Below are positions 1 to 12,790 of a stretch of DNA of 64,000 nt, in pieces. The position numbers and the translations under genes were made by a program. The stretch lies in NCBI GenBank assembly GCA_963737265.1, contig CAVTRY010000002.1, positions 1 to 64,000 of the forward strand. The letters are read 5' to 3'. The first letter of the stretch is position 1; each line of letters starts with the position of its first letter. The notes below the pieces were generated by a model. The model worked only from the letters and a program-made list of their open reading frames with translations, was not told the origin of the DNA and made no database searches. This DNA is from an uncultured delta proteobacterium (GTDB taxonomy: Bacteria; Myxococcota_A; Polyangia; Fen-1088).

Positions 1-543
1 TATGTTGTGGCGCCTCGTTCAGGTTGGTCTTGCTCTCTCCGCCACCTCCACGACGGGCGGGCTGTGATGGGCATCCCACAACGTCTTGCGGGTGAGTCGC
101 TTCAGCCCCCGATTTCGCGAGAAGCCGCAGCCGGTGGGGCCCACGTGAGCGGCGCAACTCCCCGTAGGCGGCGCGAGTGTCGATTCGGCAGATCGCGCAG
201 ACGCCGCGGTCCCGCTTCAGAACCTGCTCGCGAGAGGTAGCCAGGGTCTGAGCGGAGGCGCCATTCGTGAACACACCAATCCGAGCAGAACGTGAAACGC
301 CGCGGCGGGACTTCGAGACTACACCAGCGGCAGAGGGTCCGGCCGTTGGTCCCCTTCGCTTAAGGCGGTACGGTCGGCGAAGCCGCCAGGCATTGTCCTC
401 GATGTGCTCAAATGCTTCACAACATATTCAGCATAAAGTGTTTCGCGTCATCTCGCTGGATCACCCCACTCTCCAGAACGGTGCATCACAAATTGTCTGT
501 TGACGAATGAAACTTCGAACTGGTATCTAGGGGACGAACATCT

Positions 544-1805
544 ATGCTCACGCCTCCCATGGCGCAGCGCATCGAGCAGTGGCCGTCGAAAGTTGATCCC
601 TTGCGCCCGGAATCCGCAGGACGCACTCGGACGCGCAGGTTGCGCAGATCGCCGCCAGCATCGCGGAGTTCGGATTCAACAACCCGATTTTGGTGGACAC
701 CAAAGCGGGCATCATCGCCGGCCACGGACGTCTGCTCGCCGCGCGGAAGCTGGGGCTCACCGAAGTGCCGGTGATCGTTCTGGATCATCTGACCGAGGCG
801 CAGAAGCGCGCCTACATCATCGCTGACAATCAGCTCGCGCTGAACGCGGGCTGGGATGACGAGCTGCTTCGCGGCGAACTCGCGGCGCTGCAGCAGGAGG
901 ATTTCGATCTCGAGTCTAATCGGGTTCGAGGATGAGGAACTGGCGCGACTGCTCGCGGCGCAGGATGCAACCGAAGGGCTCACGGACGAAGATGCGGGTC
1001 CCGGAACTACCGGAAACGCCGGTCTCCGAACCGGCGATCTTTGGATGCTCGGCGACCACAAGCTCCTCGTGGGCGACGCGACCGAAGCCGACCGACGTGG
1101 CGCGGCTGATGGCCGGCGACAGCCGCGGATCTGGTCTTCACGGATCCGCCGTACAACGTCGATTACGAAGGCTACACCGAAGAGCAGACTGAAGATCAAA
1201 GGCGACCGGATGTCGGACGCGGAGTTCAAGCAATTCCTGCGAGGCGCGTTTCGCTCGTACCGGGCCGCGGTGAAGCCGGCGCCTCGCTTGTACGTCTGCC
1301 ACTCGTCTTCCTGGCAGCGGGAGTTTCAGAACGCGCTGGAGAGCCGCCGGCTTCGAGGTGCGCTGCCAGATCATCTGGGCCAAGAACACTTTCGCGTGGG
1401 GTTTCGGCCGCTACAAATTTCAGCACGAGCCGATCTTCTACTGCCCACGTCGCCGGGCAGAAAGATCCCTGGTACGGCGACAAATCGCAATCGACGCTGT
1501 GGGAAGAAAAGAAACCCGCGGCGAACCGGCATTCACCCGACCGCGAAGCCGGTGGAACTGGTCGAGCGCGCGCTGCTGAACAGCAGCAAGGCGGGCGACA
1601 TCGTTGCGGACCTGTTCGGCGGTTCCGGCTCCACGCTGATCGCCTGCGAGCGGCGCGGACGCAAGGCGCGGCTGATGGAGATCGATCCGAAGTACGCGGA
1701 CTGCATCGTCCGTCGCTATCAGGAGTACACGGGCAAGCAGGCCGTGCTCGACGGCGACGGCGGACGTTCGAGAGATCGCACAGGAGCGCGCGGAGTCCCG
1801 CGTGA
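544..1805 (+). pseudogene. ParB/Srx N-terminal domain + N4/N6 DNA methyltransferase (phage-type), multiply frameshifted
   Basis: Pieces in different frames: IIAGHGRLLAARKLGLTEVPVIVL (ParB-like), TDPPYN at ~1140, HPTAKPVELVERAL and DLFGGSGSTLIACE (methylase motifs). Frameshifts may be sequencing errors. Confidence 0.85.
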
Positions 1806-1934
1806 ATGGAACGCTGCCGGCGGGAAATCGTGCTATCGAGGCGGAGATCCTGCGGGCAATCCCGATCTGCTGGCTATGTCTCGCTTATCGGACTGGCCGC
1901 GGAACTCCGCATCCTGCAAGACGAGGTGCGACAG

Positions 1935-2124
1935 CATGAGGATTCTCAGCCGAATCGAAAGGTTGGAGGATGAGATGTTGCCGCTGCCGGCGGGACCCTC
2001 GCGGCTTAACATCAATTTGTCGATTCAGAGGGGTGGTCGTGCACGAAGTGTTCGAGGTCCCCCAGGCTTCACCTTCACGCCGCCGCTGGCGAAGGTATCG
2101 AGGATTGCGGCGAGGAGGGACTGA
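1935..2124 (+). CDS. small hypothetical protein (RIERLE motif), phage-like element
   Basis: MRILSRIERLEDEMLP..., similar in style to the ORF at 3099. Confidence 0.4.
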
Positions 2125-2241
2125 TGAAAACGAGAAACGCCGCCAGGCGGGAACCCGGCGGCGCGCAGTGGACGGAATGGGCGGAGTCAGGCCTTGACGG
2201 AATACGTACGCTCGCCATCTCGGCCTTGGTGGAGTCGACTG

Positions 2242-2556
2242 TCAGGCCCATCTTCTTGCTACGGTCCCCGAAAGGAAGCCACGAACGTGTGGGCCTGCCA
2301 GCCCGTGGCCTTCATCAGCTCGGCCAGCGTGGCTCCGTCGGGCCGTTTCAGCAGGTCCAGACTTTGGCCGCCTTGCTGCCGTCGCGGTGCGCCCTTTCTC
2401 TTGGCGGCCTTGGGCGCTTTCTTCGCGGGGCTGGCCTTCTTGGCCGCCTTCCCCTTCTTGGGCGCAACGTGCGCGCCCTTTTGGCCAACCGGGCCTTTTT
2501 CTGGCTTTCGGCTTTTCGGCGGCTGCCTGACGAGTTTCTTCGGTAGCTGTATTCAT
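2242..2556 (-). pseudogene. DUF3489-like small basic DNA-binding protein, frameshifted
   Basis: Lys/Ala-rich N-terminus, then SKAAKV..., GATLAELMKATGW(Q)AHVRGFLSG across frames. Confidence 0.65.
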
Positions 2557-2702
2557 ATAATCTCCTTTGGCGGTGGTTTCCGCGATCACATGAATCGCTC
2601 TGGTGCCGACAGATGCAAGTCAATTCTGTAAACAGTCGGGACTGGCGAAGGGTTCGGCGATGGTGCGCCTGTTTTCCCATGAATGGTAGTGGATGGTAGC
2701 GA

Positions 2703-3102
2703 ATGGTAACTCCCGGCTTCGAAATTCACCCGAAAAAAGGAGGAGGCGATTGCCGCCCTGCTCAGCGCAGCGGGACGTCGGGAAGAGGCAGCCCGGGTGG
2801 CTGGTATCGGAACTCAGACGTTGTTGCGATGGCTAAAAGTGCCGGAGTTCGGAAAAGAGTATCGCAAGGCCCGGCGTGAAGCTGTCCATCAGTCGGTTGC
2901 GCGGTTGCAGCAAGCCACCGGCGCAGCGGCCTCAGTCGTCCTAAAGCTCATGACGGACCCGAATGTGCCCGCGGCGGTGAAGCTTCGGGCGGCTGAATGC
3001 GTGTTTGATCGCGCCATCAAGGGAGTCGAGCTGGAAGATATTGAGGCCCGTGTCACTGAACTGGAGCGAGCTGCCGAAGCAGCAGCGAGACGGTCACCAT
3101 GA
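2703..3102 (+). CDS. HTH protein of phage/terminase-small-subunit-like type (frameshifted N-terminus)
   Basis: KFTRKKEEAIAALL...AARVAGIGTQTLLRWLKVPEF...EDIEARVTELE. Confidence 0.6.
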
Positions 3103-3353
3103 TCAGTCGGAATATCACCCGACGAGTGGAGCGACTCGAAGCCTACCTTGCACCGCCAGACGACGAACCGGCGCTGACGATTCTACTTACGGGCGTGGGA
3201 CACCCTGACCGAATCATCGAAGTGCGCGGCGACGACACTGCCGACCGCCGCCGACAGCCCTGGTCGCCCGCAACGAGCGTTCCAGGGTTGGAAATGAAAG
3301 CGATCGAGAACGCCCAACTTAGCGGGTCATACGATCACTCCAAACTCCAATAG
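3099..3353 (+). CDS. small hypothetical protein (RRVERLE motif)
   Basis: 84-aa ORF overlapping the previous stop (ATGA). Confidence 0.45.
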   Translation: MISRNITRRVERLEAYLAPPDDEPALTILLTGVGHPDRIIEVRGDDTADRRRQPWSPATSVPGLEMKAIENAQLSGSYDHSKLQ

Positions 3354-3637
3354 CCGCGACCATCAGCAATCCAATTACAACCAACCAAGTGGATCGACGC
3401 AGGTTCAGCTCTCTCATCGCGTCGCGCTCCCGCCGCCCGACGTTGAGATGAGTCACCATTAGCAGCGTAGTCTAGCACTCCGAAGCAGGAGTCTGCTACA
3501 TACCGATAGTGGCTGATATCAGGCACTGAATGCGGCCGGTCACTTTGCCGACCAAGTGGATGGCTTCCAAGTTGCCAACAATACTGCCGGAGTCATCCAG
3601 CTTTGAAGGGTGCCAGGTCAGGAGCAGCTGCGCGCAT

Positions 3638-6276
3638 CTACTTGCGCAGCAGAGTGGACCAGTTCTGGACGAGGACTATAGGCGAAATCGTGTTCTCGCT
3701 CAAGGATTCCGCGACGATGAAGCGGCGGCCATCGGTGGTTACGTCGAAGCTGACGGCACGGGGGGCATCGAATAGTTTTCGCACGGCGCCAGCGCGAGGA
3801 GTGCCATCGTTCCAGACGATGGGAAGCGACATCATCGCCCTTTGTTCCGTCGTCGGTCCCGTTAAGAAGAGGATCTCCTTGCCGTCCGCGCTCCAGCGAA
3901 GGCCTCCGATCCTCGTAACGATCGAGGCAATTTCGCGTTCGCCGGGCGGCAATGGCGCCGGGTCTTCCGGAACAGCCCGGACGAATACGTGGGAGGGAGA
4001 CTGACCGACAGCCTACGTCAACCAGCGGCCGTCGGGCGATAGAGCTAACCCCGAGGCCGTGAGGACTGGGGGAATTGGCGGGCCGGACGTTACCGCCGGG
4101 CCGGGAAAGTAGAGAAGTTTCGTTTCTTCCGCCACCCGCAGAGCTGAGGGCGATCACCTTTCCGTTTGCGCTAATGTTTCGGACTGTGGCTCCCGCATTG
4201 CCCGGGATTCGCCCGAGGATGGATTCCGCACCCAGCGCGTCAGCGGGCCGTTCGATCACCACGTTCTCCTGGGCTTCGCGGCGGCTATAAATAATACGGC
4301 CATCGGGCGTCCAGATTGCCACAAGAGGAACGGTGTCACCTGCAATCGGCTCGCTGGCACCGGTCTCTCCGCTCACCCAGATTTCGTACTTGCCGGAGTT
4401 TCTCTTGCCGAACATTACCCGCTTTCCGTCCGGCGAAAGCTGCGGACTTGCAAGTTCGCCCGGCTCACCCAGTATTTCGCCAGGCTTGCCGTCCCCACCG
4501 TAATAGTGCAGTTGCGTCGATACAGTTTGGGTTGGCGTGTAGGCCAAATAACCCGGTCCGCCGAAGCTAAACGTAGGGCCGTTGACCACACCATCCACCA
4601 GAAGAACGGCTTCCCCCAGGAACTCACCCGTTGCCGGATTGAAAGGCCGCGCCAAGAGTTGGAACCGCTCGGTGTAGGCGAGAAATCCGCCACCGGAAGG
4701 ATTTGCAACGTAAACGTTTAGACCATAGGTGTTGTCGAATAGGTGGCGACGAACCTTGCCATCGAGCGTGGCGAAAAAGGTCGCCCCACGGATCTTGCCA
4801 TTGCTCGTAAACAGAAACGCCTTCCCGCCGGGCAGGAAGGACGGACCATTGTGGCTCTGCTCGCCGAATGCCGAATCCAGTTCCAGTGCATTGCGGGGCG
4901 TGCCTCCCATGGCCGGTACTCGTTGGATCGGCTTGCCATCTTCGCTGAAGAGAATTACGCCGTCGTCGCCCCAGGACCCATAATTCACATCGGCGTTGCA
5001 CACGATTTGCGGTGGCTGTCCACTCGTCACATTCCATTTCCGGAGCTTGCCGCCCGCCCCGAAGGCGATCCACTGACTATCCGGCGACCAAAACGGCTGT
5101 ACTGCAACATCCTCGGTGCCGGGTACTGGCGCAAAGGCTCGCGCGCCTAGTGGCCTCAAATAAAGCTGCGGCCGGCCGCCCGGAGGTGTTCCCCTCACAA
5201 CCAGCTTGGTTCCATCCGGAGACAGGGACCCGTACCCGGGGACAACTCCTTCGGGAAGCGGCATGTCTGTTTGCACCAACGGCGTCACAGGCGGCGCTTC
5301 GCGGAAGTGGACGAAGGACAGGCCGAGCGCGCCGGTAATCGCGAGCGTGGCCACCCCTGGCCACAGCCAACGAAGGCGTAATGGCGATGGAGCAGAGACC
5401 GGCACAACCGACGGCTCATCATTCTGGGGCTTCGCCAGCACAATCCGCGCCTCGCCAATCGCTTGCAACCGCTGCTTGCGTTCCTTGATCAGGGTCCGCT
5501 CCAGCAGCCTCCGCAAATATCCCGGAGTTCCGGCGGGCAGCGCAGACCAATCCGGATCGCTCTTGACCACCGCCTCCAGCACATCCGGTGTCGTGGCCCC
5601 GCGAACGCACGCTTGCCGGTGAGCATCTCGTACAACACCGCGCCGAAGGAGAAAATATCGCTGCGCCGATCCACAGGTCGGCCGACGGCTTGCTCCGGCG
5701 ACATGTACGCCGCCGTGCCCAGGATCACGCCCGCGCGAGTGTGTCCCATCGTCAGCGTTGGCGAGTTCGCCAGCGAGGATGGCGGCGGCTCGTCTTCGAG
5801 CACCTTGGCGAGACCGAAGTCCAGCACCTTGACGACGCCCTCGGGCGTGATCTTGATGTTGGCGGGTTTCAGATCGCGATGCACCACGCCCCGGTCGTGC
5901 GCATACTCCAGCGCCTCGATGATCTGCTTCGCGATCGCCAGCGCTTCGTCTGAGCGGCAGCGGCCCGAGCGGCGATGTGATCCGCCAGCGTCGGCCCTTC
6001 GATCAGCGCCAGGACCAAACCGCGCGAGTCTTCGGAATCCACGATTCCGTAAATCGGCCCGATGTTGGGATGATCGAGCGAAGCCAGAACCTCGGCTTCC
6101 CGCTGGAAGCGGGCCATGCGTTCGGGATCGCGCAGGAACGACGCGGGCAGGACTTTCAGCGCAACGTCGCGCTTGAGCGTCGTGTCGCGGGCGCTATACA
6201 CCTCGCCCATGCCGCCCTGGCCGAGCAGGGAGATGACTTCGTAGTGGCCGAGTTTGTCGCCGACGGAGAGCGGCAT
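3638..6276 (-). CDS. Hanks-type Ser/Thr protein kinase with TM segment and TolB/PD40 beta-propeller (frameshifted)
   Basis: GQGGMGEVY, VALKVL, HRDLKPAN, DFGLAK, GTAAYMSPEQ, then SPDG repeats; split over ORFs 5869-6276, 5489-5887, 3618-5582 and 3638-3952. Confidence 0.9.
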
Positions 6277-6710
6277 GTGCTTGATCTAGCCTAGATTACT
6301 CGATCAGGAAGCCGCAAACTCCTGTATGACGGCGCATCCGGAATCCTACTTTGTTTGAATGGATAAGTCGGCGGGAGCGCGGGAGCTACCGATAATGATG
6401 ATTAACGGGCAGCGGAAGTACCCCTTAGTGAGCGGTAACTTGACCACTTATACGGTTTGCGCGTTATACGCCCATCTGGATGGTTTCCGGTTTGCCCGTA
6501 ATACAAGATCTATGCACCCACCGCCAAGTGAGTGGGAGGCGCCTCAATATACTATTTGAACGTGAGGTAGAGGGCGAACCGCAGCACTGATCATTCCAAC
6601 ATCTGCACGCTTTACGATCTCGGGCCCGAACTATCTCATGGGGTGTGGGTGTCGTCCTACGCCGATGAAAGTTATGCCTGGCGAACTCGAGAGGTTGAGT
6701 TCGAGCCGCC

Positions 6711-8278
6711 TTACTGAATCGGCAAGGGTTTTGTCGCACCGAGGAAAGCCCCAAAGGCGCCGTAGTTGATGGAACCACCACCCACCAGGCTTGGGGTGAA
6801 GCTCTGGGCGGTGCTGGATACGGCAGAAATCGTCCCTCCCGTAGAAGGGCCGCCCTCCACGGACAGAAAACCTGTGCTGGTGGCCGGCAGCGAAGCAAGC
6901 GCCGCCGTGGGAATGGTGTAACTACCCAAATTCGCTGCGACAGGGCACAAAACCGACACGCTATTGATCGTGGAGTTCACAGTCGTCCGCCCCCCGACAA
7001 GGATGATCACCACGTCCACTCCCATCCCAGTCCAGTTGACGGTGAGCGGAGTCGCGCGATTAATCGCGGTGATAGAGCTCCAATTCGTCATCATGAAACT
7101 GGTGGGAAGGGTCGCCGAAACTGAAAATGGGCCCACCTGCGTGCCGCCAGCCCCGTTCATCATATAACTGCCGCCTAATACGAGCGTTCCTGGAGCCGGC
7201 GAGAGGCTGTAAACCGGGCCTTTAGCCTCGACGGTTCTTGTTAACGTCGGCCCGCCGGCAAACCGGGACCGCTGACAGTGATGGTGCCCGCATCCAAAAA
7301 GCTGTCCGGGGCGGAAGGGTCGTTTCCGCCGGAGGGGTATGTCACAGTGAGCACGGAACAAGAACCGAACGTGGGGGCGGAGAATGGTAGCGCCCATTCC
7401 GCGGATGAGTAGCTGGCGAACTGGCCGCCAATGACTTCGGTGAGTTCAGGAGTGCTCGGCGGGAAACCAGCGCCCGTGGTGAGTTTACCGAAGGAAAAAC
7501 CGGCGTATGTAACGGCGCCGGCCGATCCGGTTCCCGCGATGATCGGCGGTCCGCTCTGGTTATAAACTGGCGCGGTGGTCAAGGAGCCCGCGGGAGTGAA
7601 ATTCAAAGCGAGCACAGAAAAAGTGCCCGACGAGGTATAGAATTCCGCCAAGCCGCTTTGCCCTGCCGTGGCGCCGAACTGACCCGGAAAAGTGAATGCG
7701 AGATGCCCTTGCGGCGGAATGTTGGTCAGAGCAGTTTGCGTGATCGTGCCGCCGGTGGTTCGAATGTTGACGTTAATGGTTTCGAGCGACAGGCCGGTGT
7801 TGACCAGAGCCATTGACGCGATATTGGTGTTGGTGTTATCGAAGGGCACTAGAATGCGGCTGGCTGCGGCGATCGCCGGCGAGGTTCCCACCTGCGCCGC
7901 CGCTCCCGCTGGCCGCTTCGTGAAAATCGCATAAGCGACGACACCCGCGTCCCCCGTAACTTGGCACCATCCCACCGTTGGCGCCGGCGCGGCACTTGGC
8001 CCCGGTGTATGCAGCAGCAGCGTCTCGCCCGGTGCCAGCGAAATGGATTGAGGAGTGGCTGTTTCTGCGAGAGTCAGATTCCACGCCACAGTAGCGTTCC
8101 CGGCAATTTCCTGAAAGAAGCTCAAGCTCGCGTGCGCCGTGGCCGCCGTAGTGTTGGTAAGCACGATGGTGGTTTGCCACACTTCGCCATCGGCCACTTG
8201 GGAGATGATGAGCGCTTGCGCAAGGGCAGCCCCCGAAGATAAACCCAGAAACAATACTGCCACTCCGATGGGTTTCAT
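6711..8278 (-). CDS. secreted Gly/Thr-rich hypothetical protein (one frameshift at ~7250)
   Basis: Signal peptide MKPIGVAVLFLGLSSGAALAQA; ORFs 7241-8278 and 6711-7397 are continuous in composition. Confidence 0.7.
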
Positions 8279-8463
8279 GGAGGCCAGTATACATCCTAGG
8301 AATTCCCAAATGGGGAGCTCCGCGAACGCCCGAAATCACTTGGACGTATTGTCGGCAAACGTCGAAGTGGGTTCTAGCCACAGTAGCAACCAATGGCGTG
8401 TGCGAAACGTATAATCTTGGACTAAGATTCTTTGGCTTCAACACCACGCAAGGAGGATGACCG

Positions 8464-9126
8464 ATGTGCTTTTCGGCTGCAGCGAACTTTGTCGGCAGTG
8501 GAGTCCTGGGGGCAATCGGTATTGTTACCTTGACGAAGGTTAAACACAGGCGAGAGCTGCTCTTCGCCGCGCTTCCTACACTTTTCGCTATTCATCAATT
8601 CATCGAAGGGTTCGTTTGGCTCGGGTTGGACGGGATTTTGTCGCCCACGGTGACCCACAACATGGGTGCGGCTTTCATGCTCTACGCACAAGGGCTCCTC
8701 CCATTTCTGCTTCCACTCAGCGTACTGCTGTTTGAGCCTACTGTTAAAAGGCGTCGGCGCATGCTGCCGTTCGTTGTGATCGGGGGGGCAACGACGCTAT
8801 ATATGCTATGGGCGCTAACGGCGTATTCGCTGCAGGTGTTCGTCAGGGGCAACAGCATCGTGTATATCAATCCAGCGACGAACAATACCGCCGTTGCAGT
8901 GGTGTATGTGATCGCAACGTGCGGTTCGCTTTTCTTCTCCCAAATCAAAGACATGATCATCTTCGGAGCCGCAAACCTTGTCATTCTGTTGACCGTGATG
9001 GCGGTCAAGCGGTACGCGTTCACCTCACTGTGGTGTGCCTACGCCGCGGTAGCGAGTGTGATCATCCTCGCATACTTTTGGAGGAGCAGCGGAAATAGGC
9101 CCTTCCGGTACGTCTACACGATGTGA
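8464..9126 (+). CDS. multi-pass membrane protein (MCFSA.. family, DUF6629-like)
   Basis: AAGGAGG RBS; about 7 hydrophobic helices; HQFIEGFVW and FTSLWC motifs. Confidence 0.75.
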   Translation: MCFSAAANFVGSGVLGAIGIVTLTKVKHRRELLFAALPTLFAIHQFIEGFVWLGLDGILSPTVTHNMGAAFMLYAQGLLPFLLPLSVLLFEPTVKRRRRMLPFVVIGGATTLYMLWALTAYSLQVFVRGNSIVYINPATNNTAVAVVYVIATCGSLFFSQIKDMIIFGAANLVILLTVMAVKRYAFTSLWCAYAAVASVIILAYFWRSSGNRPFRYVYTM

Positions 9127-9264
9127 AATTTTCCCGCACATTCTCAAACTTAGGTAAAAATATCGTTGACACACCCATGCCCAGAGTGGGACGATTGGGA
9201 TGACCCCATTCATAGGCTTTGGTGGCTAATGCATCACTCTCTTGATCCAAACCGTAGGGCCTTG

Positions 9265-9429
9265 GCGCTTAACCGGCGAAAATCCAAGAGTCGGGGCAAG
9301 CTGTTTTTCCGTCTCGTGCAACAGGCCGTGGACACCGGCCCAACGACCTACGCCTCCATCGCCAAGCCCTCCAAGTTGCTCCGTAGCAAATCACAATCTG
9401 TAGGGGCTACCTGAGTCAAGTGCATACCC
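9265..9429 (+). mobile_element. IS1595-family transposase 3' remnant with right end
   Basis: NRRKSKSRGKLFFRLVQQAV...TY resembles IS1595 transposase C-termini; followed by CTGAGTCAAGTGCATACCC, an IR-like end; no left end seen. Confidence 0.65.
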
Positions 9430-9492
9430 AGTATGGAATTATCAGCCCAGGTATGCGACGAGCTGAAAACGTAAGCCGTGCTACAATTTCAC

Positions 9493-11452
9493 ATGGAGAA
9501 AGCCGCTCCCTCCTTTGCAGGAAAGGTTCTTTCCGCCCTCTTCGCGCTGCTGCTAATCGCCGTATTCGCAGCGGGGCAATCCGCACAAAAACCCGCGTTC
9601 GACGCGATCCTCCGTCACGGAACCATCCTCGACGGCACAGGCCTGAAACCCTATAAAGCCGACCTCGGCATCCGCAACGGATACATCGCAGAAATCGGCG
9701 ACCTTTCCGGGCGCCAGGCCACGCTCGACCTCGACGTTACGGGCCTCTACGTTGCCCCGGGCTTCATCAGCATCCACAGCCACGCGCAAAATGCGGCCCT
9801 GCCCACCGCAGTCAACATGCTCACGCAGGGTGTCACCACCGAGATCGTCAATGCCGATGGCGGCGGCAGCACCGACATAACGAAACAGCTTGCCACGTCC
9901 GGTTCCGCGGGATTCGGCGTCAACGTCGGAGCGGATATCGGCTTCAATAGCGTGTGGGCCGAAGTCGTCGGCATGAACGATCGCCGCCCCACCGCGGAAG
10001 AATTTACCAAAATGCGGGCTCTGGTCGAACACAATCTGCAGCAGGGCGCGTGGGGCGTCACGTCAGGTCTCGACTATCTCCCTGGCAACTTCGCCCATAC
10101 CGACGAAATCATCAAAGTCGTCTCAGTCGCCGCGCCTTGGCGGACTCACTATCCAAGCCACGAGCGCATCACCCGCGAATCGGGCTTCAGCTCAAAAGCC
10201 GGTGAAGGCGAAACCATCAAAGTCGGCGTTGAGTCCGGCATGGTGCCAGTGCTCACGCACATGAAAGTCTGGGGTCCCGAGCAAGGCTCCGCCGCAGAAA
10301 TCATCGCCATGGAATACCAGGCCATCGCGGCCGGCCACTACACCGCCGCCGATGTCTATCCGTACCTGTCGGGACAAACCGGGCTGGGCGCTATGACAAT
10401 CCCCGGATGGGCAATGGCCGGAGGTTACCAGGAAGAACTGAAGCGCTTCAAAGATCCCGAATTGCGCGCGAAAATCGCTGAAAATATCGAAGCCGTTATT
10501 AATGGCCGCTTCAGTGGTCCCGGAGGCGTCTACCTCCCGGAGACGAAGCAACAGCTCTCCGAGATCATGCGCGAGCGCCACATCCCGGCCGGCGAGGCGG
10601 TGATTCAAGTTCTGGAAAAAGGCAACACTTTCGCCATCATCAAAATCGCCCGCGAAGACGACCTGGTCAAAATCCTAGAGGATCCTCTCACCGCGATCAG
10701 TTGCGATTGCGGATCTACCCTCACTGGCTCACACCCGCGCTATTACGGCTCCTGGCCCCGCGTCCTCGGCCACTACGTCCGCGAAACCCACACCCTCACG
10801 TGGGAAGACGCGATACGCAAGATGACCGGCCTGCCCGCCAACACGATCGGCATGGTGGATCGCGGTTTTCTCGTTCCCGGATTGCGGGCTGACGTGACGG
10901 TCTTCAACCCGGAAACGGTAACGGACCACTCGACCTATGAGGATCCCCAGCTTCTTTCCGAAGGCATCACCTACGTCTTTGTAAACGGCAAGCTGGAGAT
11001 TCGCGATGGCAAGCGCACCGCGGAAATGGGTGGCAGCGCGATTCTGCGCTCTGCGAGCATGCCCAGCCGTCCTATGAGCGTCAACCAAACCCGTCATGTC
11101 TCCTGGACCGGCACGGCACAGGGGCTGCGAATGGCTTTCGACATTTCACAGGCCGCTGGCGCGGATAAGGCCACCGGCTCTTTCCGGCTAACCGACCCCA
11201 AGACCGGCACGACGATTCAAACGAGTGGCATCGGCCTCCTCCAGACCACTGCGAATTGGGCCACTTTCGCTGGCCGCGCCAGCACGTCGTCCGGGCGGCG
11301 ACGATAAGTCGATCATTGTTATTGCCGACCTGGCCGATCCCTTCGCTACCGCCCATGCATCCACCATCAGTGTCGATATGGAAGGTGGTTATCATGTCGC
11401 CGCATCTGTGGCGCCGGGCAAGATCAAATTCTCGTCCGGAACGGCCAAATAA
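9493..11452 (+). CDS. N-acyl-D-amino-acid deacylase-type amidohydrolase with signal peptide (frameshift at ~11295)
   Basis: PGFISIHSH, HPRYYGSWPRVLG, AIRKMTGLPA, DRGFLVPGLRADVTVF. Confidence 0.85.
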
Positions 11453-11586
11453 AGCTCCGCAATCGACGGCCGTCCGAAGGCCGGACCGATAAAGCTACGA
11501 GTTGCTTCAACCGGAGAGCTTCTTCAACCTCACCTGGAAAACGCGCCGGAATCTCGCTCGACGTTTAGAACGCCTCGAAGCCGAAC

Positions 11587-11770
11587 TTGGCTGCTGGCGC
11601 AAAAGCCCTTATCATTCCGATCCCCGGCACAACCAAGCTTCATCGCCTTGAGGAGAATATCGGCGCGGCCGCCATCGAGCTTATGACCAATGATCTCCAG
11701 CACATTGAGGACGCTCCTTCGAAAATCTCCGTGCTGGGGGACCGCTATCCCCGAGCGAGAACTCACAGGG
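11587..11770 (+). pseudogene. aldo/keto reductase C-terminal fragment
   Basis: IPIPGTTKLHRLEENIGAAAIEL...GDRYP; N-terminal part absent. Confidence 0.7.
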
Positions 11771-11900
11771 CGCTATGGCAGCCAAACTATCCAGAGCCGA
11801 TCGACCTTCGTGAGCGCGACATCTGTATGCTACCGACAATGTGACACATCAGGGCCATGTGGAGCTATCAGGGTTTGCGTGTTGACATGCCCAATCAGCG

Positions 11901-12790
11901 CTACTCCGTCCTCAGCGCAGTCATTGGAGAAATGGATGCGGCGACGCTAGCTGGAATCATGGCTGCAGCCACGGCGCAAACCGCGAGCGCGCTCCCAGCC
12001 ACCGCTAGGGCGACTGGGTCCCAGAAGGAAACCTCGTATAACTTGCTCGAGATCAGACGGCCTGTGCCGATGGCCAGCGGGAGTCCCAGCGCAAGCCCAA
12101 TCCCGACACGGATCAAGGCTCCGCGAAGTACGTATCGAACCACTTTTATGCGGTCTGCCCCCAGGGCCATACGGATTCCGATTTCATTCGTTCGTTGCGC
12201 CACAGTGTAGGCAGTCACTCCATAGAGTCCAACGGCAGCCAACAACAGAGCCACGATCCCGAATAGTCCTGCGAGGCTGGCGACTGAGCGCTCCTGATCG
12301 AACGTGAGCTGGATTTGCTCCCGAATCGTCCTCACGCTATTGATGGTCAGATTTGGATCGGCCCCTGCAAGGACTCGAGTGAGCAGCGGCTCTAATGTGC
12401 CGGGCGATGCGTTCGTCACAAGCATCAGTCCACCGATGAAATGGGACTGCAACTCGATCCGTCTTATCAGCGGATCCTTATAGAGGACGTTTTGCGCGAG
12501 CGGAACGTAGAACATCGGACGTGCCGGCCTGCGTACCGCAAAACCGGCGAATTTCGCGTCGCGCACAATACCCACGATGCGGAATGTGCCGGCGTTCTCC
12601 GGCAGATCGAGGCCGAAGTGCTGCCCGAGCGGATCCTCCTCCTGTTTGAAGAAGCGCTTCACGAAAGTTTCGTTGACAATCGCAACGGGCTCCGTCGTTT
12701 CGTTATCACTTCGGGTGAAGTGCCGTCCACGGATCAGGCTCACACCGAACTCCTGAAGATAGTCGGCACTCACGCGGTCCCACAGAATCG
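11901..12790 (-). pseudogene. ABC transporter permease (MacB/FtsX, acidobacterial ADOP-like), C-terminal part only
   Basis: GRHFT..D, VAIVNETFVKRFF, GLYGVTAYTVAQRTNEIGIRMALGA, ISPMTALRTE; the N-terminal two-thirds are missing. Confidence 0.85.

Noticed and set aside
544-11452. Programmed frameshifting or mass pseudogenisation
   Set aside because: Indels also hit essential-type genes (murE start) and show no slippery-site pattern; sequencing error is the simpler explanation.
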